From positions 1 through 34,217 of IMG/VR virus record IMGVR_UViG_3300020045_014690: a stretch of DNA of 34,217 bases. One strand, 5' to 3'. This DNA is from a virus (Duplodnaviria > Caudoviricetes). Positions 10,496 through 20,326 of this stretch are shown one piece after another. How positions within the stretch are numbered: the first letter of the stretch is position 1; the number at the start of each line of letters is the position of its first letter. Below the pieces are notes generated by a model. The model ran no database searches. It was not told where the DNA came from and saw only the letters and a list, made by a program, of their open reading frames with translations. A program made the translations under genes and the position numbers.

Positions 10496-10531
10496 AAACC
10501 GCATTGGTGTAAGCCTTTGCGGTTTTTTTTT
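10496..10531 (+). terminator. Intrinsic terminator between the convergent cassette and the tail tube gene
   Basis: AAACCGCA...TGCGGTTT stem followed by a T run. Confidence 0.7.
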
Positions 10532-10534
10532 GCA

Positions 10535-11287
10535 TTACAACTCGATTTCAAGCGTACCGATTTTGCCATAGGTCGCAGAAGTGGCATCTTTATCCACGTT
10601 GACAATCCCTTTGATGTCAAATGGCTGAAATTTAGAGGACAACAAGGCTAGTGAAATACCGCTGTCCACAGTAATATCTGCCCAAAAAGCTTTCACCCGC
10701 TTACCCGAACGGCGGTTTAAGCCATTAAAGCGAACTTTGATGGTGTGATTATCGGCGCCCATATCCATCACAGCCCATTCCGAGGCTAGATAACTGTATG
10801 CGATTGATAATTCTTCACCTACCAACCCCGCTTTCAGCACTTCAAAATGATTGTTACTAATCATTTTATAATCAGTCCCAGCTACCAGCGTGGCATCCAA
10901 GTGATCTTTAACCACCAAACTAGACACATAGTTTTTGTCTAATAAAACCGCATCACCGGTACTGACCGTGTGCGTTTCTGCGGTTACGGTGCCAGAAGCG
11001 ATTGTTGAAGTTGAAAGTGAGGCGGCAATGGTCATTGCCAAAATTTGCGCATTCATTTCTGATACGGTAAACGCAATTTCACCCGGCTCTGGAATCTGTT
11101 CACTGTCAAACGACTGACCGAATGAGGCTTCACTCATCGAGATAACATTTTCAATTTTACCCTTCGGGGTATATTCCAGTTTCTCAGTGTTGGCAATTGG
11201 AAACCAACCGCCAAAAATTCCAGTCGTTTTGTTTTTAACCGCCACATCGACCGCACCTGCGCCGATAAAGCCTAATTTTGCAGCCAT
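10535..11287 (-). CDS. Major tail tube protein (non-contractile type)
   Basis: 250 aa with an N-terminal FIGAG...V motif and an internal GTDY Ig-like insert. Follows the tail completion genes; no sheath gene nearby. Confidence 0.75.
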   Translation of the reverse strand: MAAKLGFIGAGAVDVAVKNKTTGIFGGWFPIANTEKLEYTPKGKIENVISMSEASFGQSFDSEQIPEPGEIAFTVSEMNAQILAMTIAASLSTSTIASGTVTAETHTVSTGDAVLLDKNYVSSLVVKDHLDATLVAGTDYKMISNNHFEVLKAGLVGEELSIAYSYLASEWAVMDMGADNHTIKVRFNGLNRRSGKRVKAFWADITVDSGISLALLSSKFQPFDIKGIVNVDKDATSATYGKIGTLEIEL

Positions 11288-11295
11288 GTTTTCAC

Positions 11296-11847
11296 CTACG
11301 TTAATTTATGAATTTCATCTGTTAAAAAAGCATTAATATTGGGCAACTGCCGGTCAAAAAATGCACCTAATAATTTTTTTCTATTCACCACAATAAAATC
11401 TCGTTTTCTGGCATCCGCCGGATTGATACCCTGTTTTTCCTGCATACTGTGAATAATCGCGCCAGCTTGTGCTTCACTCCTATTCGCCATAATCCACGCC
11501 ATGCTTTTAGTAACATAATGCCCTGGCTCTCTATACCGATACCCCAGTCGCAATAACGTTTTTGCTTGTCTTGATGTCGCTTTGCCGGTTTTTGCATAAC
11601 TTTTCCGGCTGTTCTTATTCACATGCAGCGTAATTAAAATTTCGCTGTCACTGGTTTCTATAATCTCAACGTACTTAAAAATATCTTCCGGATTTTTTAA
11701 GCCTTGCAAAAAGTGAGCATCAGCCGCGTTCTTTTTAACAATCACGAGCAGCTGGTTTGCCAGTTTATGCGTGAGCTGTTTTTTTAAACCCTCATTTAAG
11801 TGAGCCAGTTTATTTTCAACCGCATTAAATCCGTTTTCCTGTCTCAT
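11296..11847 (-). CDS. Virion morphogenesis / tail completion protein (P2 gpS-like)
   Basis: Basic protein with the ATSRQAKTLLRLGY motif, located after the gpR-like gene. Confidence 0.7.
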   Translation of the reverse strand: MRQENGFNAVENKLAHLNEGLKKQLTHKLANQLLVIVKKNAADAHFLQGLKNPEDIFKYVEIIETSDSEILITLHVNKNSRKSYAKTGKATSRQAKTLLRLGYRYREPGHYVTKSMAWIMANRSEAQAGAIIHSMQEKQGINPADARKRDFIVVNRKKLLGAFFDRQLPNINAFLTDEIHKLT

Positions 11848-12347
11848 ATTCGGCTATTGATATAATCAAGTTCAAAATCTTCATCTGGCATACTGGCATC
11901 AGCTAAACGATAGGCTTTTCCACTAAACTCAAAATCCCCGGTAATATCGGTAATCCCAAAACAGGGTTCCCGAAACTCGACAATAATATCGATTGAGAAA
12001 GTCTCATTACTTTCAGGGGCAATATTAATGAGCGGATTAGCCAGATAAACTGCTTCGCCATTCTGGCCGCGCTCAATTTGCTTGCGGCGTTCTTTGGGAT
12101 CGTACTCGGCTAGCCAGGTTGAAATCTGGCTAAAAATCAGCGCATGCTCGTAACGTTTGCGTGGAAAGCGTTCAATCCGAATCGCAGCAGAATAAACCAT
12201 GTCATACAGACAAATTATGCCCATCCCGACGCTTAAATAGGAAATTTCTGGCCGATAGTCATCAATGATCGGATCAACCTGAATATTTTCCGGTTTGGTC
12301 CATTTCAAGGCGACCAGATAATTAGCTAACGCTTGGCCTTTTCTCAT
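11844..12347 (-). CDS. Tail completion/terminator protein (P2 gpR-like)
   Basis: MRK..AL..YL start, Y.A.IRIERFP and WL...D motifs. ATGA coupling with gpL. Confidence 0.7.
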   Translation of the reverse strand: MRKGQALANYLVALKWTKPENIQVDPIIDDYRPEISYLSVGMGIICLYDMVYSAAIRIERFPRKRYEHALIFSQISTWLAEYDPKERRKQIERGQNGEAVYLANPLINIAPESNETFSIDIIVEFREPCFGITDITGDFEFSGKAYRLADASMPDEDFELDYINSRI

Positions 12348-12844
12348 ATCGATGCCACATAACAAAGATTAGAGGGGGTATCGGTGGAATCAGGGGCGAA
12401 TTTTTTAAAAAAATACATCACAGCCAGATTGCTTTTCTTTAGCCATTCCACTGAGGTGGTATCCGACTCTTTCGCCATGTTTTCCGCTTCGTTTTTACGA
12501 ATCACAGTTTTAAATTGCAATAACAAGGAGGCCATGCAATAGCCAAAAACCGCCTGCTGATATTTGATGATTAACGCATCGCTATCATTGATCGGGTTAG
12601 GATGCGTATCAATGTAGCTTTGCAACGAATCAAAGCCTAAATCGACCAGCGCATTTTTAACCGGCTCCAGTTGCAGATTAATATCCAGCATGGCATTCAG
12701 CAGATTTTCCTTAATCAGCGGCGGCTGAAATTCAGACGGCGTGCCATAGCCATCAATTAAAATCGCCATATCCAAATCCAGCCAAAAACCATCATTGCTG
12801 ATAATTTCAGCATCAGTTAATGTAGGTTTTTCAATGAAGCTCAT
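12344..12844 (-). CDS. Head completion/stabilisation protein (P2 gpL-like)
   Basis: ISNDGFWLDLD N-terminus and YQQAVF motif. Confidence 0.88.
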   Translation of the reverse strand: MSFIEKPTLTDAEIISNDGFWLDLDMAILIDGYGTPSEFQPPLIKENLLNAMLDINLQLEPVKNALVDLGFDSLQSYIDTHPNPINDSDALIIKYQQAVFGYCMASLLLQFKTVIRKNEAENMAKESDTTSVEWLKKSNLAVMYFFKKFAPDSTDTPSNLCYVASI

Positions 12845-13077
12845 CCTTTATCTCGATAACCACGGGTATTGCGCTCTATCACTAATGACAGCGCACCAAT
12901 GGCCTCATTAGTTTCTTTTTGCCGCACGTCATAAACGCTGGTCATTTTTTCCAGGCAGGATAAAAATTCACTGCGACCGGATTTAATTTCTTTCAGCAAA
13001 ATCAGGACTAGAACAAACAGGGCAAAAATAACAATGCCGCCTAATCCGAATTGTGCCCAGGTTTCAATATTGCCCAT
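12841..13077 (-). CDS. Small membrane protein, holin-like
   Basis: One N-terminal TM helix followed by a charged coiled C-terminus. Confidence 0.5.
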   Translation of the reverse strand: MGNIETWAQFGLGGIVIFALFVLVLILLKEIKSGRSEFLSCLEKMTSVYDVRQKETNEAIGALSLVIERNTRGYRDKG

Positions 13078-13086
13078 TATCTATCC

Positions 13087-13404
13087 TTAACTGTTAAAAC
13101 TACAGCCACCAGCCACCCCAATATCAGCGCCGTATTTATCAAACTCATCTTGATCTTTTGGATATTGCTCAAGCCATACTCCATCTTCATATCTCGCCCC
13201 GCATACAATCACATCTTTACCAAACGCATTTAACTGTTCTTTTATAGGTTCAAAATCCTCAGTCATACACCAAACCAGCATCCGATTATTAACAATCTCA
13301 CCAACTGGAAATACCCAGTTTTCCGCTAACTCTTTGTGAGCTAATAGGTATTCTTGTGGGATAACCGGCAACGTACTTTCAGAAAACCATACTTGATAAA
13401 TCAT
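13087..13404 (-). CDS. Hypothetical protein (possible fibre chaperone)
   Basis: 105 aa acidic ORF coupled to the fibre-like gene. Confidence 0.6.
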   Translation of the reverse strand: MIYQVWFSESTLPVIPQEYLLAHKELAENWVFPVGEIVNNRMLVWCMTEDFEPIKEQLNAFGKDVIVCGARYEDGVWLEQYPKDQDEFDKYGADIGVAGGCSFNS

Positions 13405-14633
13405 GCTGTTAGCCTTGCCAGCTCTTGCTCTGACATTGCAAAGGGATAAATCTTTTCATTCTTGATACAAAAAAACGGTTGATTCAAAGAATTACCATCA
13501 GCACCCCATTGAAAAGTAGGCCCAAATTTTAATGACTGTGAGTTAGTGTTTTTAGTTCCAACTACACCATTTACCGCTATTCTTAACCCACCGCCAAAAC
13601 TTACAGCTCCCTTGTAAGTAGTTCCATTAACAAAACTTAAGGGGATTGATGCAATATATTCAACACTTGCAATTTTATTAACAAACTCAATAGTAGCTCC
13701 GTTGCTTCTAATTGCTACAGAATTGCTTGAATCAATATAACTACCAAATGAACACCCACTAAATCCAGCAATAGCGGTAAGCTGTGGTGTGAATTCAAAA
13801 TACAATGATCCTTTCGCTGTATCTACATTTCCAATTGTTTTTATAGAAACTGGGGTATCTGCATTACGCACTGCTGCTGCTGTGGTTGTTTGAATATAGG
13901 AAGATGCCATTGCAAGATTACTAAGTTTGAGACAGGTAAGTACAGCAGAACCCAATGCTGTGGCAGAATCAACTAGCGCCCCGTAACTCCTGGCCGCAGG
14001 ATAAATATTTAAAGATAATGTAGTATTACCTGTTGAATTGTTAGAGATTGGTACTGAAACAAACCAGTAGGAAGAATCATGTGATGTAATTACACCAGCT
14101 CCTAACAAAAAAGTTCCTAAATCAGTATTTATTCTAAAATTTGTATATATGGTAGTGCCTCCGGCTACAACACAATTCACTCCGAAAGTAGGGCTAGAAC
14201 CTCCTGATGTTTTTTTAAGATAAAAAGATAATGTCCTGGTTAGAGAGTCATTAGAAATATTTATTGCTTGTGCAATATAAGAAAACGTTGTTGTAGATGA
14301 GTCAGTTATCGTCCAAGCAGAAATATTACCATCTATCCCTGCTTCATTTTGAGTTGTTTCAGGATTGTTAACCTGACCCCATGTTGTTGTTAGATTATTA
14401 CTTTGTAATAGTTGGTTTGTATCAGACGATTCAAACAATGTCCCTTGCGATTTATTAAATCTTGGGGTATTAGCTGGAGCTGTTTGTAAAATATTGCTAT
14501 TATCAAAATAAGTCGCAGAACTATTGCGGATAAAGCTAGTTAATGCGCCACGGTATTTTTCAGGCGTAAGTGATGATGTTGAAAGACACTTAAAAACAGG
14601 TTGTTTATTAACAATCTTTTTTAACTTGTTCAT
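13401..14633 (-). CDS. Head fibre/spike-like protein with LamG/lectin-like domains
   Basis: FIRNSSATYFD...NTPRF...LFE...TNQLLQS and SSYIQTTTAAAVRNAD motifs typical of phage fibre/LamG-like proteins; S/T/N-rich. Confidence 0.7.
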   Translation of the reverse strand: MNKLKKIVNKQPVFKCLSTSSLTPEKYRGALTSFIRNSSATYFDNSNILQTAPANTPRFNKSQGTLFESSDTNQLLQSNNLTTTWGQVNNPETTQNEAGIDGNISAWTITDSSTTTFSYIAQAINISNDSLTRTLSFYLKKTSGGSSPTFGVNCVVAGGTTIYTNFRINTDLGTFLLGAGVITSHDSSYWFVSVPISNNSTGNTTLSLNIYPAARSYGALVDSATALGSAVLTCLKLSNLAMASSYIQTTTAAAVRNADTPVSIKTIGNVDTAKGSLYFEFTPQLTAIAGFSGCSFGSYIDSSNSVAIRSNGATIEFVNKIASVEYIASIPLSFVNGTTYKGAVSFGGGLRIAVNGVVGTKNTNSQSLKFGPTFQWGADGNSLNQPFFCIKNEKIYPFAMSEQELARLTA

Positions 14634-15349
14634 TACATACCAACTACATATAAATCGACAGTTTTAACAGCTAAGGCTGTTGGTGTGTAGGCTGCATCAG
14701 TAACAAGGTAGCAGAATAAACTACCTGTGCTTGATAGTTTTGCAAATCCATTGCCATCAAACAGAACAAACTCAGCTTGTAACCAATCACCTTTATCTAA
14801 CACTGATTCAGACGATGCAGTTAGTTGATAAACAAGGCCATCGCCAGTCGGGGTATAAACTCCATTTTCAGCAATCGCACTGGGCGGTGTAGCAGAATGG
14901 GCTATTAATTTAAAAGTAGTAATAGCGTTTCCAGGATTAGTTGCCACCTGAATTTTTAAAACAGCACGGTTAATCTGCACTAACTGATTAGCCAACCCTA
15001 AGCCTGTTATCTCAAAAGCGCCGTGAACTACATCTCCCGCAGTGTAAGCAGTTGTGTTGTTAGGTCGTGTTAAATTTCCGCTCGAACCAACAACTCCACG
15101 CGCTAGAGTTTTGTCTAAAAGATTCTTAAGATTTAATCCTACTGATGTTCCTGAACCGTCAACCAGACTTTCAGTAATTGTAACGCCCTGCGCTATTTGA
15201 GTGGATTGATTAGCTGCACTTGCATCACTGCTGCCAAAAGAGACATTACTACCATCTGGATTTAAAACTTCAACAAAAGCGGCATTAGTTTCTTGGTTTC
15301 CCCATTGAAAAAACCACTTATTGAGAGCGTTTGTTAATTTATTGCTCAT
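14633..15349 (-). CDS. Virion structural protein (beta-sandwich)
   Basis: TRPNNTTAYTAGDVV...AYTP motif recurrent in phage structural proteins. Confidence 0.6.
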   Translation of the reverse strand: MSNKLTNALNKWFFQWGNQETNAAFVEVLNPDGSNVSFGSSDASAANQSTQIAQGVTITESLVDGSGTSVGLNLKNLLDKTLARGVVGSSGNLTRPNNTTAYTAGDVVHGAFEITGLGLANQLVQINRAVLKIQVATNPGNAITTFKLIAHSATPPSAIAENGVYTPTGDGLVYQLTASSESVLDKGDWLQAEFVLFDGNGFAKLSSTGSLFCYLVTDAAYTPTALAVKTVDLYVVGM

Positions 15350-15476
15350 AATTGCAGATCAAATCCAATTAATAATTAAGTGACAGTGCGTTAGAATGCC
15401 TGCTATGTAAGTTTTAAATAAATTTGCACTGGCAAACATAAAAAACTACACACAGACAGGACTTTGGAGGGGTTCG

Positions 15477-16181
15477 TTAAATTCTTTTTAGCTCTCGTAA
15501 CGCATTACTTCTGAGCGTTTTCGCGCCATAACTTTCTGGATTTACTTTTTCGGCTTTATCTACCAAAGAGACGACATCTGCCCATTGCTCTTCCTCGAAC
15601 TTAAACTTGGCCTGTAAGACATAAATTTCAGAGGCTAGTGCCGCTGGTAAATCCCAAAAATCACCGTCTATTTTTTCAATCAACCAACCCAAATACGGAG
15701 AGGCTGATAATTTGTTCTTTAATAGCGGTCTAGCCCATTCACCAACACTGCGACAAACAAACATTTGAATCGTAGTATTGCTATTAAACTTCCCAGGCAT
15801 AGGCTGATTAATATCAATCAACCCAAACGCAACTAATAGCGCAGTTTCAACCTCAGAGACATCAAATAACCAAACCATGATTTCTGCCACAATGCTTTTT
15901 TCAGCTTTGTTGCCTGCCAAAAATTGCTTAATCAAGGCTTCATAGTTCTTAATAAGTTCTTTTTTCAGCTCAATTTTTGCTGGAATATCATCAATCGCAC
16001 TAAGTCTCAGCTTGTCTTTATCAAGCTGTTCTTGATAAAAAACAGCCGGTGAATCTGCATTTTTTCGATTCAACTTAACCGGAATTCCTTTTTCAAATTC
16101 CGGTATTAATTCGATAATTTGCGGTAATGCAGGTTTTTTACCTACACCGCGAAACTGACTGAGTTTACTCTCGTAAGCCAT
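15477..16181 (-). CDS. Terminase small subunit (P2 gpM-like)
   Basis: DKLRLSAI...KKELI..Y, MVWLFDV and MP..F motifs; follows the capsid gene. Confidence 0.88.
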   Translation of the reverse strand: MAYESKLSQFRGVGKKPALPQIIELIPEFEKGIPVKLNRKNADSPAVFYQEQLDKDKLRLSAIDDIPAKIELKKELIKNYEALIKQFLAGNKAEKSIVAEIMVWLFDVSEVETALLVAFGLIDINQPMPGKFNSNTTIQMFVCRSVGEWARPLLKNKLSASPYLGWLIEKIDGDFWDLPAALASEIYVLQAKFKFEEEQWADVVSLVDKAEKVNPESYGAKTLRSNALRELKRI

Positions 16182-16183
16182 GA

Positions 16184-17476
16184 TTAAAATGTATCAATCA
16201 TTTCCATCAAAAAGCAGCTTTCTTCCTGCTCAATTTGATAGCCGCTATTCACAGAGTTCCAATCATTGTAGCAATCGCGGCGCGGCCAATCTTCCAATTT
16301 ACGACGGCGCGAACCGTTTTGAGCGTAATATTGTAATGAACCTTGTGGACAAACCAGGATTGTGCCGGATGGCATAAATGGCGGGGTAAAGGCTCGCAAT
16401 CCGCCCCATGTTCCCACTAATTCAATCGGGAATTGTGCCAACAGTAATTTTTCTTCGGCCCGGTCGACAGTCGCTGAGAAAAAAGTGGCTTTATCAGATT
16501 TAATCAAATCTTCTGACAGATAAACAACCAGGTTTGTCCGCAAGTGCATTGGGATTTCATACACAATTTCATTGATTAACACATCAAGATTTGCGTAGTC
16601 TTTACCAGAACCTACAGAAATCGGCGCTAAAATTTCGCCTGTGCCGTCGGTTGTTAATGCACGCGCCGCACCGCCTTTGGTAGATGAAACTTTAAACGTA
16701 TCGGTTGCTGCACTGACTACATAATAATCAGTATCTTCACTAATTCCTGTGGTTGTTGTGACAGTGCTGAACTGAATCACTTGTCCATTCACCAAGCCGT
16801 GCGCTGCCGATGTCACCACATCGCCTGTATCGGTAAAAGTACAAGCTAAAGCTTTACCTTTCTGCCAATTTGAGCCGCTGTTAAAGGCTCTCATGCGTTG
16901 CAACCAACCGATTTGCAAATCCTGTAGCATCGGATAAGTGCTTAAATTGGTAGAAGCCGCAGCCGTAACCCCGTTAAAACCTGCTTTAACAATGTCATTG
17001 ACCATTTGCATTAGCAAATACGCTTGCCACATCGGGCTAAACGTTGCAAATTGGTTTGCCCACAAGTCAATCAAGGCATAAGGAATTTTGACATCATTTT
17101 CGACTTTCTTACATTCGTAACCGCGCGTTTCAAGATTTGAAATATCTTTTGGTTCGCGGTCTGTGGTGGCGGTGTTAGTACGTGATGCCGAACTGCCAGA
17201 CGGCGACATAATAATGCGCTCGCCTACCATTTGATTCACTGGCAAAACCCGCACATGGTCACGCATAAACGCGCCGCCTTGTTCAATGATTTTACCAATC
17301 AGAATTTGTTCAACTTGTGGGGTTGCACTGAATTTTTGCCCTAAAGCAACCGCATTGCCACCCCAGTTTTTTGAAATGGCAGATTGAAAGATTTCAACTG
17401 CTTTTTCGCGTTTTTGTTCAAACGACTGAATTGCGTTAATTTGCGCAATGGCAAAGGCTAATGATTTTTTATCCAT
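16184..17476 (-). CDS. Major capsid protein (P2 gpN family) with an inserted domain
   Basis: FSATPQVEQ, ASRTNT, IDLWA, GFNG...PMLQD..IGWLQ, DYANLD and PPFMP motifs. Confidence 0.93.
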   Translation of the reverse strand: MDKKSLAFAIAQINAIQSFEQKREKAVEIFQSAISKNWGGNAVALGQKFSATPQVEQILIGKIIEQGGAFMRDHVRVLPVNQMVGERIIMSPSGSSASRTNTATTDREPKDISNLETRGYECKKVENDVKIPYALIDLWANQFATFSPMWQAYLLMQMVNDIVKAGFNGVTAAASTNLSTYPMLQDLQIGWLQRMRAFNSGSNWQKGKALACTFTDTGDVVTSAAHGLVNGQVIQFSTVTTTTGISEDTDYYVVSAATDTFKVSSTKGGAARALTTDGTGEILAPISVGSGKDYANLDVLINEIVYEIPMHLRTNLVVYLSEDLIKSDKATFFSATVDRAEEKLLLAQFPIELVGTWGGLRAFTPPFMPSGTILVCPQGSLQYYAQNGSRRRKLEDWPRRDCYNDWNSVNSGYQIEQEESCFLMEMIDTF

Positions 17477-17490
17477 GATATTTTTTTACC

Positions 17491-18366
17491 TTATAACCAA
17501 TCAGAATTAATGCCATTGATGACTTTTTTATCTGGAACATCGGCACCAAATTTTTTATCGTTTCCGTCGCTGCCGGGGGCTTCTTTCAACGCTTCGTCAA
17601 CTTTGGTTTTGTATTCACCAAACTGAGTGCTTAACGTTTCAAATTTAGTTTTGAACTCACTATTTTCAGTTTCCAACGAAGCAACTTTTGCTTTCAGCTC
17701 ACCGTTTTCTTTTTCAATCGCTGAAAATTTAGCAGCGTTATCATCACCGGTACCAGAATCACCTGATTTTTTTGCTTTCAGGTCGTTAAAATCTTTTTCC
17801 ATTGCAGAAGACTTAGCCTGCAATTCCTCTAAAGCTTTGTTAGCCATATCTTCGTTATCCTGCTTGAAAAATTGTAAAAACTTGCCAAACAAACTTTTTT
17901 CTTGCTCAGTAAATTCCTGAGTTGAACTAGCTTGCTTAGTATCGAAAGCGGTTGAAAAAAGTGCAGTTGGTTCTTTTTTAGAAAACTCTAATTTTTCAAC
18001 GCCCAAAGACGCGGGGTTATTAGTTGCCGCCAACGAGTACAAATAGAATTTTCCAGTACCCGCAAAATTTGGCATGATGGCAATGGATGTGAAAAGATTT
18101 TGACCATAGCGCATATCAGATTGCCAAAACGCATTCGGCGAAATTCTGGCAAACAATGAAACAACATCACCTTTCTTTTCAGTGCGTAATTCCTCAACTG
18201 TGCCATAGCTTTGTGCCATTTCGTTGTGATCGGGAAAAACGCAAGCCGTGTAAGTGTCTTTGCTATACGTTACCGCAGCATCAAGCAACCATTCAGGCTT
18301 AATCTCTCTTCCATCAATTGTTTTCCCACTTTGCGCAACTTTCACAAAGTCTGTTTTTAATCCCAT
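17491..18366 (-). CDS. Capsid scaffolding/protease protein (P2 gpO family)
   Basis: VAQSGKTIDGREI, FTSI, NFAGTGKFYL and TNNPASLG motifs, with a C-terminal coiled coil. Confidence 0.93.
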   Translation of the reverse strand: MGLKTDFVKVAQSGKTIDGREIKPEWLLDAAVTYSKDTYTACVFPDHNEMAQSYGTVEELRTEKKGDVVSLFARISPNAFWQSDMRYGQNLFTSIAIMPNFAGTGKFYLYSLAATNNPASLGVEKLEFSKKEPTALFSTAFDTKQASSTQEFTEQEKSLFGKFLQFFKQDNEDMANKALEELQAKSSAMEKDFNDLKAKKSGDSGTGDDNAAKFSAIEKENGELKAKVASLETENSEFKTKFETLSTQFGEYKTKVDEALKEAPGSDGNDKKFGADVPDKKVINGINSDWL

Positions 18367-18431
18367 TTCTTCATCCGATTAATAAACTTTTGCAAAGGAT
18401 AAAGTCTTTTTTTTAGTTAATCTATCGCTTT

Positions 18432-18468
18432 AAGTTGTAATTATTTGTATTTGTTTTTTATACAACTT
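18432..18468. promoter_or_regulatory. Inverted repeat in the divergent O/P late promoter region (candidate Ogr-type activator site)
   Basis: AAGTTGTA-N21-TACAACTT between the divergent O and P genes. Not an exact P2 TGT-N12-ACA match. Confidence 0.45.
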
Positions 18469-18521
18469 TTAACAATTAAAACCACTAATAGTTACTAAAA
18501 AATGCCGTTAAACTGCTTTGC

Positions 18522-20321
18522 ATGGCATACAGCAATGACAAAAAAAGGCAAGGCTTACGGTTATTTTTAAAAGGCTTAACAGTCGAAGAGATTGCGGCTG
18601 ATTTAAAAATGTCATCCGGCTCCATTTACAACTGGCGGCGAGATGAAAACTGGGATGAGTTAGTCCCTAATCGCACCGTTGAACAAACGCTGGCGGCAAG
18701 AATTTGCATGCTGTCTGAAAAGCCTGAAAAAACCAAACTGGAAATCGAAGAGCTTGCCGTGCTCGTTAAAAACTACGGTGATTTAGCAGTTAAATTAGGT
18801 GAAGCTGAAAAGAAGAAAGCCGAAGCACGTTGGATTGAAAAAAATGGCTTTCCTAGTCGGGCTGATGGTAGCCAGTCAACGAAAGGGCAAGGCAGTAACG
18901 GACAGCGGACAAAAGGCAAAGCGGTAAAAAACGACATTTCCAGCGTTACGCCTGAAATGCGCCAAGCGGTAATGGACAAATACTTTACCGCGTTGTTTTA
19001 TGTACTGTGGTTTGCGACCAAAAATAAACGTAACCGCTGGATATTAAAAAGCCGCCAGATTGGAGCCACGTTTTATTTTTCGTGGGAAGCATTTGATGAT
19101 GCAATTGAAACAGGCAGGAATCAGATTTTCCTGTCTGCTAGTAGAATGCAGGCCGAGGTATTTAAAGCCAATATCATTCAGTTTGCGCTGAATGAATGGG
19201 GGATTACTTTAACGGGCGATCGGCATGGCACCATTATTTTATCGAACGGCGCACGACTGGTTTTTCTATCTACCAATGCGACCACTGCAAACAGCTACAG
19301 CGGCAATCTGTATCGTGATGAAGTTTTTTCCATGCCAAATTTCGACAAGATTTACAAAATGTCGGGCGGGATTTCTTCACAAAATCGTTATCACACCACG
19401 AATTTTTCAATTCCGTTAACTACCGATCATCCGGCTTACAGAATCTGGAGCGGTGCGAAATTTAACGAAGGAAAAACTGAAAAGAAAAAGGTTAAGTTTG
19501 ATTTAAGTCATGCCACTTTAAAAGGTGGTCATGATGGTGCTGATGGCGTATGGCGACACATTGTTAACATTGAAGATGCCATCGAACAAGGCTTTACCCT
19601 GCACACGATTGAAATGCTAAAAGCGGATGGCTGGAGTGATGCAGAATTTGCCAACCTATTCATGTGTGAATTTTTAGACGCGGCTAAATCAGTTTTCAAC
19701 TATGAAGACTTGCTGGCCTGTTGCCAGGGAACAGAGGAATTATTGGAATGGCCTGATTACAACAAAAACGCCGATAGACCTTTTGAAAATGAACCGGTTG
19801 CTATCGGTGGTGATCCGGCGCATGTAAATAATTGTGCCATCGTAGTTTTGGCAGTACCAAAAACATTAAAACACCCGTTCAGATTACTGCGAAAAGATGT
19901 TTATAAAGGCACCGGGCATACATTCCAATCTAACCGAATCAAAGACCTGAAAGAATCGCATAACGCCGTACATATTGGCATTGATTCACAAGGCGAAGGG
20001 CTTGGGGTTTATGAAAATGTCAGAGAATTTTACCCGCGTGTCATGCCTTTTTATTACAGCATCGAAACTAAAACCAGATTGGTTTTGAATATGCTGAAAC
20101 TGATTGAAAGCAAACGCTTCAGGTTTTTAGCTATACATACTGATGTGATTCGGGCGTTTTTGATGATTACCCAAACGCAAACAGCAAGCGGGGTAATGAC
20201 GTATGTTGCATCCATGATTGAAGGAAACCATGCCGATTTGTTTTTTGCGATTGCCATGGCATGTGCTTATGAAGAACTTGCCCCACGTCGAACTGCCACC
20301 GCTACTGTTTCCATAGGTTAA
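18522..20321 (+). CDS. Terminase large (ATPase) subunit (P2 gpP family)
   Basis: N-terminal HTH, ILKSRQIGATFYF Walker A region, NQIFLSAS, DE Walker B and a C-terminal HADLFFA nuclease motif. Confidence 0.95.
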   Translation: MAYSNDKKRQGLRLFLKGLTVEEIAADLKMSSGSIYNWRRDENWDELVPNRTVEQTLAARICMLSEKPEKTKLEIEELAVLVKNYGDLAVKLGEAEKKKAEARWIEKNGFPSRADGSQSTKGQGSNGQRTKGKAVKNDISSVTPEMRQAVMDKYFTALFYVLWFATKNKRNRWILKSRQIGATFYFSWEAFDDAIETGRNQIFLSASRMQAEVFKANIIQFALNEWGITLTGDRHGTIILSNGARLVFLSTNATTANSYSGNLYRDEVFSMPNFDKIYKMSGGISSQNRYHTTNFSIPLTTDHPAYRIWSGAKFNEGKTEKKKVKFDLSHATLKGGHDGADGVWRHIVNIEDAIEQGFTLHTIEMLKADGWSDAEFANLFMCEFLDAAKSVFNYEDLLACCQGTEELLEWPDYNKNADRPFENEPVAIGGDPAHVNNCAIVVLAVPKTLKHPFRLLRKDVYKGTGHTFQSNRIKDLKESHNAVHIGIDSQGEGLGVYENVREFYPRVMPFYYSIETKTRLVLNMLKLIESKRFRFLAIHTDVIRAFLMITQTQTASGVMTYVASMIEGNHADLFFAIAMACAYEELAPRRTATATVSIG

Positions 20322-20326
20322 TAAAT

